Positions 21,901-34,733 of a DNA stretch of 64,000 nt are shown here, one piece after another. The translations under genes were made by a program, and so were the position numbers. The stretch covers positions 16,988,001 to 17,052,000 of the forward strand of contig NC_090353.1 in assembly GCF_035084215.1 (NCBI RefSeq). Reading direction: 5' to 3'. The stretch comes from Heptranchias perlo. Taxonomy: Eukaryota. Position 1 is the first letter of the stretch. The number at the start of each line of letters is the position of its first letter. The notes beneath the pieces are model-generated. The model saw nothing but the letters and a program-made list of their open reading frames with translations, was not told the origin of the DNA and did not search any database.

Positions 21901-24900
21901 GACATGGGGACAGATTCTATATGTATGCTGATGACACCCAGTTCTACCTCTCCACCACCTCTCTTCAACCCCTCCACTACCTCAGTGCTGTCAGACTGCT
22001 TGTCTGATATCAAGTCCTGGGTGGAGCCACACTTTTCCTCATTAAGCATTAGGAAAACCAAAGCCATCATCTTTGGCCCTTGTGGAATCTATCCCCCCTC
22101 CCGTTATCCTATCCCCCTGTCTTTGGTTTAACCATACTGTTTGCAACCTTGGCATCATATTTGACCTTAAGTTGAATTTTTCCAGCCCCATATCCTCTCC
22201 ATCACTAAGACCGCCTACTTCTACTTCCGTAATTTCCCCTGTCTCTGCCCCTGCCCGGGCCCGTCAGCTGATTAGGCCCTGATCCATGCCTTTGTTGCCT
22301 CCAGCCCTGACTCTTCCAATTTTCCCCTGGCCGGCCTCCCATCCTCCCAAAATCAGCTCATCCAAAAGTTTGCTGCTTTTATCCTATCCTGCACCAAGTT
22401 CCACTCGCTCATCACCCTTGTGCTTGCTGACATTGGCCCCTGGTCCCCACAACGCTTCAAATTTAAAATTCTCATCCTTGGTGTTCAGATCCCTTCATGG
22501 CCTCACCCTTCCCCATCTCTAATCTTCTCCAGCCCTACAACCTTCAGGGAACAGTGTTCCTCTGACACTGGCCTCTTGTGCATCCTGAAATCCCTTTGCC
22601 CCACTATTGGCTGCCATGCATTCAGCTGTCTAGCCCCGAATGTCTGGAATGCCCTCCCTTCACCTCTGCTTCTGCATTCCCTATCCTTAAATCCACTTCT
22701 TTGACCAAGCTTTTAGTCACCCCTCCTTATATCCTCCTATGGCTAGGTGTCTGTGTTTATACAGCACTGTCAACATAAGTTGTTGCTGCTGTGGCAGGAG
22801 AGTAAGGAGGCAGAGGCGAAGTAGTGGTGGGTTGCAGTATCTATTAGAGAGGGCAAAGTGCCTGAGGTGAGAAATAAAAGGTGCTGTAGTCAACTGTTGG
22901 AAAGAAGAGCGAAAGGCCCCAAGAGGAGGAAAAAGGGAGATACAAGTAATGGGATCAGACCTGTAATATCATCCATCTGAGGAAGATAAATGCAACTAAA
23001 ACATTTTTGTTTCCAGGTTGAAGTTGTCTCCAAGTCCCTCTTCTCGGGTTACAGTATCCCGTGCTACATCCAGCAGTGCTGTTCACACATCTCGTGCTAA
23101 GCGAAAGCGTGTAGAAATGGAAGAGCCCAGAGAAAGCAGCAGTCATATACAGCAAACCCACTCTAGCAGTGGATTGGTCAGCATTGAGCCAACCGATCTT
23201 GAGGGAAAATTTGTTTGCCTCCAGAACAATTCTGAGAAGGTGAGAATCTTGAAAACGTTGTGTGGATGTATATATTCAATTTGTCTTCTGGTTGTGATTC
23301 AGCATGTTAGTGTCAAAATACCAATTCGTTATGATAGACACGCAATTGAGTACGGCAGCAGTTGGACTCTCATTTTCTGGATACTGCGAAGGGCACTTTG
23401 GTTCCAAATATTTCCCTTTTTTTAAGTTAAGACTTTGTGTCAGGAGGTTTGGCATTTGTAAGGTGAATTGGGGACTTGGGAGCTGACCTTTTGTCTTGCT
23501 GTGAGCTAATGTTCTTCATTTTTAGTAGTTGTTATGTCATCTTGTGCCCCTTCAATGTTCTCTAAGACGGAGAATGCTGGTGATTAATGTCTGCATCCAG
23601 CACTCTATTGGATATACCATAGCCAGCAGAATTGGTTGACTTGCTAGTGGAAATTTAAAAAAATATAACCATGGGGCAAACTATGCTGTTGGCTCTCTTG
23701 GCAGGAGCACTCTGGCCTAACTAAATGCTGCTTTCTTCCTGCAGTCAGAAGGGATGGCTGATATTGCAAGTACCAACTGAGTGACAGTGGCACTGCTTGG
23801 AGTGGGAAGCTGTTGGGCCAGCTCGCCCCCATGTGTGAGCCGGAAGCACCATCTATTTTTATTCCTCAATCAGCTTTTTGTTCATGCTGCTCTCCTCAGT
23901 CGTTTATGGCTGTAATGAGATTGAGATCCAAAAGTGCAATAAAGGTGGAAAGTTGGGCAAAACTTTAAAAAAAAAAAAAAATGTACGTGTAATTTAATCA
24001 AATATGGCCCACAGATAGTGGCTTGCTTGCTAGTTGAACACTGATGCAGTCTGCTGCTTCAATTAGACATTCCTGCCCCACTGAGCCGATGATTTCTTCA
24101 GTATCTCATGATGTCAGAGATTACAGGCAAGCAACTAATCTCTGGGAGTTCTGTTAGGCAATGCTTGTTCTTCTAATGACTAGTTCAAAACTGAAGGCCT
24201 GGAAGCAGGTTTCCTGCTGTCTTGACTGGAAAGAGAATGGCGAACGGTAATGGGGAACTTTACGCAAAAACTAGTAATTAAACATTCTTTAGTTGCAAAG
24301 AACAGTTGGCTTTCTTTTTGTCTGTCTAGAACCTGAGACTTGATTTAACCCATTGCCCCCACCACCCAAGCTGCATGCTGTGATTCGATTCTGTTCCACA
24401 AGCGATGGTAGCCCTGTACTACTCTTTCCAGTTACTGTTCCTTTGTGCATGAACTGAGTGTTGACAGGCTATTCTATCATCATGAGGCATCATAGCCAAG
24501 CCTGACTCTGTCCTTAGCTTGCATCCATACGTGTGCTTTTTCCCAAGAGAATCAGCTGATTAGTAAGCAGAAGTTCTGTGCTGCTGCTTTCTGTTCCACC
24601 TCGCTGCACCCTAAATCATATCCTGTGGGTACACTTCACTCCCTTCTGCCCTTTTTTCCCTTTCTCCATACGATGTGTCAGATGAGAGCCAATTTGGTAT
24701 AGACCAGAGATAATCTGATCTTCTTTGTGGTTCTGTGTCACTGGTGTATTTACCATCTGAGCAGGCACCCTTTTAAAAGGTCTTGGAGATCCTATCACTC
24801 TGGCTAAGTAGAATGATTGATTCACTGCACTTTTTCTTACAGGATCAGCCACTTGGAGGCTGGAGACTGAAGAGGCAAATTGGAGATGGGGAGGAAATAA

Positions 24901-27900
24901 TCTACAAGTTCACTCCTAAATACACTCTGAAGGCTGGGCAGGAAGTCAAAGTGAGTTACGTATAATGCAATATAAATTCTACTTTCTAAGTACAGTGATG
25001 TTGACCTCCTTTGCAATTGTATTATTATTGATCTAAAATGTGTGGGTGTGGTGTGAATCACAGCTGAATTTTGTACTGTGGGCTGCTAGGAGAAAACTTT
25101 ATTCCCAGCACTTTGAGAATGTAAGTGCGATCACCCTCTTTCTGTGAACTTAGATTATTTAAAAAGAGCATCTTTTGAACCTCTGAGCATTTCTTAAACC
25201 TAGCTTGACCCTCGACTGGAGTTTGTCAACATGCTGTTTAAACGAAGTGAGATAGCTTTGCCAAGGGGGTTTTGCAACACTGTTCGGAGTTAGATCAGGA
25301 CTTACTCTGGAGTTGCGATGTCATTTCTGTGTTGCTCCGGAGTGGTGATAACTGCAGCAGTGCTAAAATGCACCCTTTAAATTGTTTCTACTGTGTAGTT
25401 GAATATTGGGGTTGATGAAAAGCAACCGAAGTTGAGGCTACCACACTAGAGCAGTAGAGGGGTGGAGGCATTGTCACCCAGCTGCACTTGCATACTTTCC
25501 AGCAACTGCAGCAGAGTGGAGTTTGGGAGTGACTTGCTTGCTCAACTGAAAATCTTGCTGTTTGGGGAGATAGTGGGATGAAAGTATCACCAATAACTGG
25601 CCGGTTTAACTTTTTGGGTGCTTTTCAGTACAAAAGGAAAGTTGCAACACTGTTTCTGTTGAATGCTCTAAATGAAGGCTTGGCTTGTTTCAGGAGGATG
25701 AGATTAAATCACTATCTTAAACCAGTGCAGAAGTTCTGTCCTTAAATTATTAAACTTGGTGGGGGGAAGGTTATTTTGCTCTGAATTTTTTTTGTTTTGT
25801 TTGTCTAGATCTGGAGTGCAGATGCTGGTAAAGCCCATAGTCCCCCTACTGACCTTCTGTGGAAGAATCAGAGCTGGGGCACAGGCGATGAGATTAAGAC
25901 TGTCCTCGTCAACTCTGATGGAGAGGTATGGTTTATCTGCACTTTTTCTATTGGTTGTGCATTCTGAAATGGTGAAATTTCACATGGCTAAATTTTCCCC
26001 TATTGCAGGAAAGTTGTGTTCTTGAGGAATCTGCAGTATGAAGTAAATATCTAGTTTGACCCAGAACTGAGCTTTAGACCATATCCACTGCATTGCAAAG
26101 ATCACTTGCTCATTCACTTCCATCTCTGCAATGCCCCCTTCCACCCTTATGCTGCTGATACCTTTATATACATGCATTTGTTCCCTATTGACTCAACTAC
26201 ACCAACATTTTCCTTGCTGGCCTTCCATCTACCACCCTCCGTAAATTTGTAACTGACCCAAAACTCGGCTGTGCTTATCATGTTCTACTTGTCTATCACC
26301 TCAGTTGTCGCTGACCTGACTTGCATTGACTTCCCATCCCCTTTAAAAACCACCTCATCTTGAAATCTCTCCATGGCCTCGATCTACCCAATCTGTGGCA
26401 ATCTATTCTAGTCCTATATCCTTCCACACCCCCTCAAAAAAAAACTCTGACTCCTCCAGGCTCTTGTGCACCCTCCGCACCACCATTTTGCGGCAGTGTG
26501 TTCATGTGCCTGGGTCCTGCTCTCTGCAATTCCCTTAATCAACTCTCTCTGCATCTGTGTGTGTCTGTCTAAATTTTTGGTTGCCTTTCCTAATCTCACT
26601 TTAGGCACGTGGAAAATGGATGCTGAGCCAATCTGTGAAGGCATTATATAAATGGAAGCTACAACACAGGACTAATGCATGCTAAACAGCAGAAGCAACA
26701 TGCTATGGAATTGCTTAGCTCTGTCTACAACCAATAGATCATATCAAAGCTTTGCAGTCCTGCCACATCCAGTCGTGAATGGTGGTGGACAATTAAACAA
26801 CTAACGGGAGGAGGAGGCTCTGTAAACATCCCCATCCTCAATGATTACAGAGCCCAGCACGTGAGTGCAAAAGACAAGGCTGAAACGTTTGCAATCATCT
26901 TCAGCCAGAAGTGCCGAGTAGATGATCCATCTCTGCCTCCTCCCGATATCCCCACCATCACAGAAGCCAGTCTTCAGCCAATTCGATTCACTCCATGTGA
27001 TATCAAGAAACGGCTGAGTGCACTGGATACAACAAAGGCTATGGGCCCCGATAACATCCCGGCTGTAGTGCTGAAGACTTGTGCTCCAGAACTAGCCGCG
27101 CCTCTAGCCAAACTGTTCCAGTACAGCTACAACACTGGCACATACCTGACAATGTGGAAAATTGCCCAGGTATGTCCTGTCCACAAAAAGCAGGACAAAT
27201 CCAATCTGGCCAATTACCGCCCCATCAGTCTACTCTCAATCATCAGCAAAGTGATGGAAGGTGGTGTTGACACCTTCCATCACTTTGGCACTTACTCACC
27301 AATAACCTCACCGATGCTCAGTTTGGGTTCCGCCAGGACCACTGCTCCAGACCTCATTACAGTCTTGGTCCAAAAATGGACAAAAGAGCTGAATTCCAGA
27401 GGTGAGGTGAGAGTGACTGCCCTTGACATCAAGGCAGCATTTGACCGAGTGTGGCACCAAGGAGCCATAGTAAAATTGAAGTTAATGGGAATCAGGCGGA
27501 AAACTCTCCTGTGGCTGGAGTCATACCTAGCACAAAGGAAGATGGTAGTGGTTGTTGGAGGCCAGTCATCTCAGCCCCAGGACATTGCTGCATGAGTTCC
27601 TCAGGGCGGTGTCCTAGGCCCAACCATCTTCAGTTGCTTCATCAATGACCTTCCCTCCATCATAAGGACAGAAATGGGGATGTTTGCTGATGATTGCACA
27701 GTGTTCAGTTCTACTCGCAACCCCTCGGATAATGAAGCAGTCCAAGCCCGCTTGCAGTAAGCCCTGAACAACATCCAAGCTTGGGCTAATAAGTGGCAAT
27801 TAACGTTCGTGCCAGGCAATGACCATCTCCAACAAGAGAGCGTCTAACCACTTCCCCATGACGTTCAATTACATTACCACTGCCAAATCCCCCACCATCA

Positions 27901-30900
27901 ACATCCTGGGGGTCACCATTGACCAGAAACTTAACTGGACCAGCCACATAAATATTGTGGCTACAAGAGCAGGTGGCGAGTGACTCACCTCCTGACTCCC
28001 CAAAGCCTTTCCTCCATCTACAAGGCACAAGTCAGGAGTGTGATGGAATACTCTCCACTTGCCTGGATGTGTGCAGCTCCAACAACACTCAAGAAGCTCG
28101 ACACCACCCAGGACAAAGCTTGATTGGTACCCCATCCACCACCCTAAACATTCACTTCCTTTACTACAGAATGCACTGCAGCAACTCGCCAAGGCTTCTT
28201 CGACAGCACCTCCTAAATCCGTGCCTTCTACCACCTAGAAGGACAAGGGCAGCAGGCACATGGGAACAACACCTGCACATTCCCTCCAAGTCACACACCA
28301 TCCAGACTTGGAAATATATTGCCGGTCCTTCATTGTCACTGGGTCAAAATCCTGGAACTCCCTTCCTAACAGCACTGTGGGAGAACCTTCACCACACGGA
28401 CTGCAGTGGTTCAAGACGTTGGCTCACCACCACCTTCTCGAGGGCAATTAGGGATGGGAAATATATGCTGGCCTTGCCAGCAACGCCCACATCCCATGAA
28501 CAAATGTTTTTTTAAAATGGAAGTTCTAATGCTGGTGAATTTGACTGATTAGTCCTTGGCTCCATTGATCTCTTAGAATATGTGCAGCGTGTTTACACAC
28601 AATTGCAAACTGTGTTGGGCAGGAATTTCATAGCACTCCAGTTTCTGTTGCCGATACAAATGGGACATTAGCAACCCTTTTGAAGCAAGCAGCTCTTTGT
28701 GTGTGGCAGTGTGCACAGTAAATCTGAACTACGTGTTATGACTAAAGACACAGAAAATGAAAACTCTTTAAGCAGACATAAAACCTTAATAGCTTAATGT
28801 AATCTATTTTCCCCTTAATGGTTTTTTTTCGGTGGGAAGCAATGATGGAGGAGGATGACTTGTGTTGTAAATTGGTTAGCTGTTACCCACCCATGTGATG
28901 ACATTCATCAAGTGCCACCTTTTTATCCCTTACTGGCTTCCTTTTGAAAACTGCTAAGGGAACTATATATGTGCTCTAAAAATATTAACTTGCAATCCGA
29001 CTAGTGCAAGTATAGGTTTTAAGCATATTTCATGAGTTCCTGTTTAATTTTCAAATTAATATTCTCCTTTCATATGAATACATCTGTTTGTTGAGTACCC
29101 ACACTAATCCAGGAACTTATGACTATGTTCAGGGACTGTCGGTAAACTTTTGCACTAATTTGTCTTTCTTCAAGAAGGGACAGATTTGACCAGTTCCTGA
29201 GGAAGGATGGTATTGGGATGAATATAGGGTGGGGGCATTCATTTTATATTTGTTTAATGATGCTGCGTGGCTGCTCATGGAGTTTGCTTGATTGCCTTAT
29301 GGACTCCAGGAGAAATTTCCCAGAGTTTTTCCTGAAATTGGTGCCATTGTTTTTTGTCTACTCCAGGAATACTGATGGCTTGGGATAGTTGTGCATCCGT
29401 TTTTTAAAAAAAATCATTCTTGGGATATGGGTGTCACTAGCAAGACCAGGATGTATTGCCCATCCCTAGTTGCCTTTGGGAAAGTGGTGGTGAGCATTCT
29501 TCTTGAACCGCTGCAGTCCGTGTGGTGTAGGTACATCCACAATGCTCTTGGGTAGGGAACAGTGACAATGAAAAACCGCTAATACATGTCCAAGTCAGGA
29601 TGGTGTGTGACTTGGAGGTGATGGTGTTCCCAGGCACCTGCTGCCCTTGTCCTTCTAGGTGGTGGAGGTCAAGGGTTTGGGAGGTGCTGTTGAAGAAGCC
29701 TTAGCTAGTTGCTGCTGTGCATCCTATAGGTAGGATACTGTGCAGCCACGGTGTGCAAGTGATGGATGGGCTGCTGATCAAGCAGATTGCTTTGACCTGG
29801 ATGGCGAAGCTTTGTGGAGTCAGGAAGTGAACCACTCGCCACAGAATATCTAGCCTCTGGCCTGCTCTAGAAGCCATGGCATTTATGCGACCGGTCCAGT
29901 TGAGTTTTTGATCAATGATAACTCCCAGGATGTTGGGGGATTCGGCAATGGTAATGCCTGGCACTTGTGAGGCGCGAATGTTAGTTGCCGCTTATCAGCC
30001 CAAGCCTGGATGTTGTCCGGGTCTTGCTGCGGGCATGGCCTGCTTCATTATCTGAGCAATTGTGAATGGAGCTGAATGCTGCAATCATCAGCGAACAGCC
30101 CCCCTTATGATTAAGGGAAGATCATTGAAGAAGCAGCTGAAGAGAGTTGGTCCTAGGATGCTGCCCTAAGGATCTCCTGCAGTGATGTCCTGGGGATGCA
30201 CTGTCGATTGAACCATCTGGATCTGATGGGGTCCCTCCATCTGTGTTTTTTTCCCTTTTTTGTATGTTCATATGAACTGGATGATGCAGCAATGGACAGC
30301 TTGAGTTGAGTTCATTATTTCTGATCTGTTGCAGATATTTACAAATAGTTTTTAAAATATTCTTGACAATTGAAAAACAAAATATGAATGTAATGAGGCA
30401 TCCCAAATGTTTGTAACACTGTAAATATGTCTGCTTTTGCCACATTATATATTTGTGTTTATCTCTCATCCCTTTCAGAATATTGGCTGTGGTCAACTAC
30501 ATTGTATTGCTGATTTTTGGTTCAATTCGTACACAACTACAAAACATTTTAGTTTTGTAATTCCATCTAGTCCCTCTGAGTACTGTTTGCTTTGTCAGAG
30601 TGGAGGTTACTGGGCTTGCACCCTCTCTACTGGAGAGCAGGGGCAGTGAGTCCAGTTGGACTCTGTTAATTCCCTTGTGAACTCTTGGTCAGTTTATGGG
30701 CAGCATAGATACTCATTCAGCAGCAGGTTATTTGCCCGTGGTGCAGCTGGCAGTCAATTATGGAAACAGTTTTTAATATAGATACTATTTACACAATCAA
30801 CAGAATTATTCCAAAATGCACCCATGTTGGGTTATTGTATATTAGAATTAATCCAGAAGTCATTTTTAAGTTACTCTGTTTATTTTTTAGAAAAGCACTT

Positions 30901-31453
30901 TAGTAACCAACTTGCTTTTCTTTCCTATACAGGAAGTTGCAGTAAGAAGTCTCCGAAAAACTTACTATGAAGATGTGGAGGAAGAGGCTGAATTTGGAGA
31001 GGAAGATCTTTTCCACCAACAGGTAAAGTATAAATTGTTATATTGTATTGATATTTTGAATCTGAAAATCTTTTCTATAGCCAGAAATATTTCTGAATAG
31101 TACTTAACCCCAGGTTTGTCCCTATTCCTTGTCCTTGTCCAAATCAATAGATGCTGATTAACATGGGTTTTTTGTTTCCTGGTTCTGCATGCAGAACTTT
31201 ATTCCCACAAGTATCTCAGCTGACGTTAGCTATCTCATCACAGGCCAGGGATCAAATTTTGAACCCCCTTGTCTTTATGGCAATACTACACAGTTGTATT
31301 TTACTCACTGGGCGATGGAGTGGGAGGGGGGGTTTTAAATATGAATTTAGTTTATAACTGAATAAAATGACGTGGAGCAATTTTTTTCATTGGAAACTTG
31401 TTTTATTTCAGGGTGACCCGAGGACCACTTCCCGTCAATGTGCAGTCATGTGA
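6591..31453 (+). CDS. LMNB2: Lamin B2; join(6591..6940,17031..17187,17974..18099,18675..18845,18943..19068,20246..20466,23017..23239,24843..24950,25809..25925,30933..31022,31412..31453), 576 aa
   Basis: All introns GT-AG, phases consistent, 1731 nt total. Head [15 protein letters not shown], coil 1[13 protein letters not shown], coil 2 end [26 protein letters not shown], Ig fold, CaaX CAVM. B2-type rather than B1-type segments: [50 protein letters not shown]. Confidence 0.93.
11040..12620. promoter_or_regulatory. CpG-undepleted island inside LMNB2 intron 1 (putative internal promoter/enhancer)
   Basis: Roughly 50 CpGs counted by eye in 11041-12400, versus sparse CpGs in the flanks; CCAAT/ATTGG, GC-box, TTCCGG and TTTGAA motifs; no recognisable repeat or long ORF. 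Confidence 0.5.
14506..15098 (+). mobile_element. Penelope-like retroelement 3' fragment (GIY-YIG C-terminus + pLTR)
   Basis: [13 protein letters not shown]...PVGEHFS...[18 protein letters not shown] resembles a PLE endonuclease end; CpG-retaining (young); carries a hammerhead motif. Confidence 0.8.
14977..15013 (+). ncRNA. Minimal type I hammerhead ribozyme motif
   Basis: tcac-CTGACGA-a-ggag aaagc ctcc-GAAA-gc-TT-gtga: helix I tcac/gtga, helix II ggag/ctcc, palindromic AAGCTT helix III. Confidence 0.7.
17031..17187 (+). CDS. LMNB2: LMNB2 exon 2
   Basis: ttttgcag| (N)YKKKDNDL...LRSQLAK |gtaaag; 157 nt. Confidence 0.95.
17974..18099 (+). CDS. LMNB2: LMNB2 exon 3
   Basis: tttag| [42 protein letters not shown] |gtatga; 126 nt. 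Confidence 0.95.
18675..18845 (+). CDS. LMNB2: LMNB2 exon 4
   Basis: gtag| [17 protein letters not shown]...LELTFQAK |gtaact; 171 nt. Confidence 0.95.
18943..19068 (+). CDS. LMNB2: LMNB2 exon 5
   Basis: ttgtag| [14 protein letters not shown]...LGTLQKQ |gtaaat; 126 nt. Confidence 0.95.
20246..20466 (+). CDS. LMNB2: LMNB2 exon 6 (end of coil 2)
   Basis: tatag| [13 protein letters not shown]...[10 protein letters not shown](R) |gtacct; 221 nt. Confidence 0.95.
21350..22790 (+). mobile_element. L2-clade LINE, decayed RT and 3' end
   Basis: Remnants H(N)TETALIK (~21545), LDLS-A-DTVDH (~21672), MYADDTQFY (21921); pyrimidine-rich L2 composition. Confidence 0.8.
23017..23239 (+). CDS. LMNB2: LMNB2 exon 7 (tail SPSP, NLS, start of Ig fold)
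   Basis: ttccag| [19 protein letters not shown]...KRKR...NNSEK |gtgaga; 223 nt. Confidence 0.95.
24843..24950 (+). CDS. LMNB2: LMNB2 exon 8
   Basis: ttacag| [36 protein letters not shown] |gtgagt; 108 nt. Confidence 0.95.
25809..25925 (+). CDS. LMNB2: LMNB2 exon 9
   Basis: gtctag| [39 protein letters not shown] |gtatgg; 117 nt. Confidence 0.95.
26060..26590 (+). mobile_element. L2-like LINE 3' fragment
   Basis: Degenerate similarity to 22150-22700 (tgacc...ctgagcttt...ccatatcc; aaatctctccatggcctc). Confidence 0.55.
26660..28510 (+). mobile_element. Non-LTR retrotransposon (CR1 superfamily, distinct family), RT region and 3' end
   Basis: [12 protein letters not shown]...[16 protein letters not shown]...[12 protein letters not shown]; VPQGGVLGP and FADD (~27684); stops and frameshifts. 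Confidence 0.85.
29415..30200 (-). mobile_element. Second, more decayed copy of the 26660-28510 LINE family, inverted
   Basis: ORF 29701-29964(-) [15 protein letters not shown]...RAGQRL matches 27890-27975(+); the 3' tail also matches. Confidence 0.8.
30933..31022 (+). CDS. LMNB2: LMNB2 exon 10 (acidic tail)
   Basis: atacag| [30 protein letters not shown] |gtaaag; 90 nt. Confidence 0.95.
31412..31453 (+). CDS. LMNB2: LMNB2 exon 11 coding part (CaaX)
   Basis: tttcag| [16 protein letters not shown]. Confidence 0.95.
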   Translation, partial: GDPRTTSRQCAVM

Positions 31454-33819
31454 TCATCTTCAAAAATGTCCTATTTTTGAAAAAATAGTCTGAGTTCTTT
31501 ACTTTATCCAGAGCCACTGAGAAATATTTTTGTACACAATGTGTTTTTCTTTTAACATTTGAGACCATTCTGTTTTAGTATTTTTAAGACCATTGTTTTA
31601 TTTTGTAAAACCTGAGTTCTGAAGGGGTATTTTTTTAAGGTCTTATTTTGACAGAACACTTCAATGTGACATTAGAAGGAGAGGTTATCAAAAAATTTTA
31701 CATGGGATGGGGGGGTGGGAGGGAGGGAGAAGATGATGTTTTTATAGTCATACGGCCTCCTTGTGATGAATTTGGGTATTGATTGGGATTTGGGTTCAAT
31801 ACATCCAGGGTTTAGCTGTAGCACTGCATCACTGGCTGTATTAATCAGAATTTGGTTATTCTGCAGTTTTTCAAACCCAAAGGGTTGTTGTAAAAACTCC
31901 ACCAAATTGGTGTAAACCTAGTAACCTTGTACCCAAACAGAATTAGCGTTGTTAGGAGTAAGAAACTCCTTCAAAACTGCAGATGGAGTATCCTGTACTC
32001 CAATGCAGAAGTCTCAGGTGTTTTACAGAAATCATGCTATAAAGATTTCTACTGTGATCCCGCCCACAAATACTGTTTATTTGGCTATTCTGTACCAAAA
32101 CTGTTGTACGTGATCTGTAAGAATTTGTAATATGGAATGGAAACTGACTGCAATGCCTGAATGACCATTGATCTGGAAATGGGAGCCCAAATTTATTTTA
32201 ATTGGAATGAATTATGCGATCATGTGCATTTATTAAATGGAAACATAAACATTGCATGAAAAACAGCAGAATACACCAAACTTTTAATTTTTAATCAATC
32301 ATCTTGTTAAGTGCTGCATGTAATGTTCTGCTGCATTGCTCTCATTTCACAGCAAAGCCTGAACCTTATAGTTAGTGTTGTCAAAATTCCATTGTTTAAG
32401 GTGGTGCCTGACCATTTGGATCCCTAGTTTCTGATGCCGTTGGGTAATTTACTGGCTGGTGTATTAATATTTGGATGGTGGCTTATGGAAGTTTGATTTT
32501 TGTTAATTGCTGATGGCTGTTTAGTACTTAACTGACAGCGATTGTAGTAGAAGCTAGTTTCTTGTAGTGGCTTATTAGATTGACCTTCAGATAAAGACAA
32601 GGGTTGGAAAAATGTTTCACAACACTGGGACAGATGTTAAAATGTTTCATTTGACAGGATAGTTGCTTACAGTTTACCCAGCAGTTGCAGAAACCTTAAT
32701 TTGCAAACTCAAATGTTTTAACAAATCCTGTAGCCAGTACATAACAAATGATCCAGGCAGAATATAATAACAATCATAAAAATTTTGGCAGTAGCTAAGG
32801 TAAGCCAACATAAGATACTGCAAAACTAAAATAAGATTCTGCATAAAATAAGTAACACAATCTTTTTCAAAGCTTTTTGATAATGTAGTCAGGATTTGTG
32901 AAGAGCATTCTATTCTTCGTAATAACTGAGGTTTTCAAAAACAGTACAGCTACTTATGAAATCTTAAGCAATAAAACTGTGGCAAAGAGGAGATCTGCAG
33001 CTAAACTGAATATTCCATCTTGCATCACTGTCCCAAGAGTTCTAAATTGGTTAAGTATTTTGGGGGTTAAAGAAATCATGTTAATTGTAATTTAAAGGCT
33101 GACAGATTTGATGTACTGTACCTGTACATTGTAGCATATAGGGGAAAAAAGTCCTGGTCACACTAATGTTGGTTTTTCCCACCCTACCTTGTGATTTATG
33201 TATACATATATATGGTTTAAATAACAAATTTTATGCTTATCGCTCATTAAAACTTTGAAATTATGTTTCTCAGATGATTTTTTTTTAGTGGGCTGAATAC
33301 AAATCAGAAATGTTGAGATTAAAAGGTGGGAGTTCCTTTTGAATCCATGAATTGAATAGTTCTAGTTTAAAATATTAGTAGTTCAGCCTTTTCATAGATT
33401 TACGGTGGTCTTGGTGAATTAGAATGATAGATTGTGAAATGTGGAATTAAGTGCCCTCACGTAGAAGTTGCTGAGGTTTATGACCTGGGAAACAGAATTT
33501 TAAAAAATTTACTTATGCTTTTATATTAAACTTATTTGAACCATAATGGATGGTCTTAAAAAAAAAATCATGTGCACACTGACTGTGTTAAATGATAATG
33601 TCTAATTTACTGGTTAAAATCATGATATGCATTGCTGTGATTTTTTTTTTGTAACCTTTTTAAAAGGTTGAATGGCAAGGTTTCTGGTGTTTCCCTTGTA
33701 AAATCAAACACTTCTTTCCACTGATTAAAAAGAAACCCACAAAGCACATGTGGAATTCAGTTTCTGTCGTCTTTGAGATTTTTCATTAACTAAGATAACC
33801 AGATATAGCAGATCCGCAC

Positions 33820-33916
33820 GCTCTCCATTCTCTCCCGTGTTCGTTCTCTCTTTCTCCCTTTTTTCTTTCTTTCCCCTCCCGTGCACTTTTCTCTCTTTCT
33901 CCTCCCCCCAGTTTTG

Positions 33917-33957
<41 letters not shown>

Positions 33958-34085
33958 CTCTATATCGCTCTTCCCCCTCCCTCCCACGCGTATTTTTCTC
34001 TCTCCCCGCCCTCCTGTGTGTGTCTCTTTTTCCTCCCCCCCCCCCCCCCCCCCCCAAGCTGTGTGTGTGTCTCTCTCTCTCTCGC
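33820..34085. repeat. Low-complexity tract: polypyrimidine, (TA)17 at 33922-33955, poly-C ~34035-34055
   Basis: Directly visible. Confidence 0.9.
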
Positions 34086-34604
34086 ACTCTACTATACTAT
34101 ACCAGTGATACTAATTTCATTTTTATTTTAAACCTGTAGTCAACCTTTTTTAAAATGCATAGTTCAACTGAATTATAAACTACAAAGTTACTAATGTGTT
34201 AATTTTTGAGCAGCGAAAGAAAATGTGAACAGAGCCATTTCTGTGTCCTTTTCACTCAAGGTAAATGCACCGTGACCAGATTGTCTAGCTGAAGATGCAG
34301 TACTTTGTTGTGGAATAGGGTTAGTTTACTTTATAGTTTCTTGACCTACTGCAGCACCGTCAGCAATATCAGGACCTGTTGCTGTTTCTGTAAATGGGCA
34401 TTAATGCATAAACTGCCCCGAATGAGGTGTTGTCCCAAAGAAAGCGCTGCTGTGCCTAGTATAAAATCTACCATAAATATCAAAACAAAGTGGAACTTTA
34501 ACCTGCCCTTGTAGCATAAATAATTATGCTACAAAGTACCTGGATTTGCATTAGATTCTTTTATTGATTTTTGAGCTAGAGAATGTTGACAGTCTTCACA
34601 CCCC

Positions 34605-34733
34605 AATAAACTAGACTTTATCACTTAAAGGTGTTTTGTTAGATGGAGATTACATGCCAAAATACAAAAGTTCTGTCTGTAATTTGTAAACATACATTTT
34701 ATAACTGGAAATTTTTTATGAACATTCAATAAA
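34605..34733 (+). terminator. Candidate LMNB2 polyadenylation signals AATAAA (34605 and 34728)
   Basis: Two AATAAA at the end of a long AU-rich, mostly repeat-free stretch; the distal one is followed by a G/T-rich element; repeats resume at ~35000. Confidence 0.5.

Noticed and set aside
6591-31453. Assignment as LMNB1 or lamin LIII because of the 11-exon structure
   Set aside because: Protein segments ([42 protein letters not shown]) match lamin B2.
33725-34108. ORFs with YIYIYI and poly-G/poly-P runs
   Set aside because: Translation artefacts of (TA)n and poly-C microsatellites.
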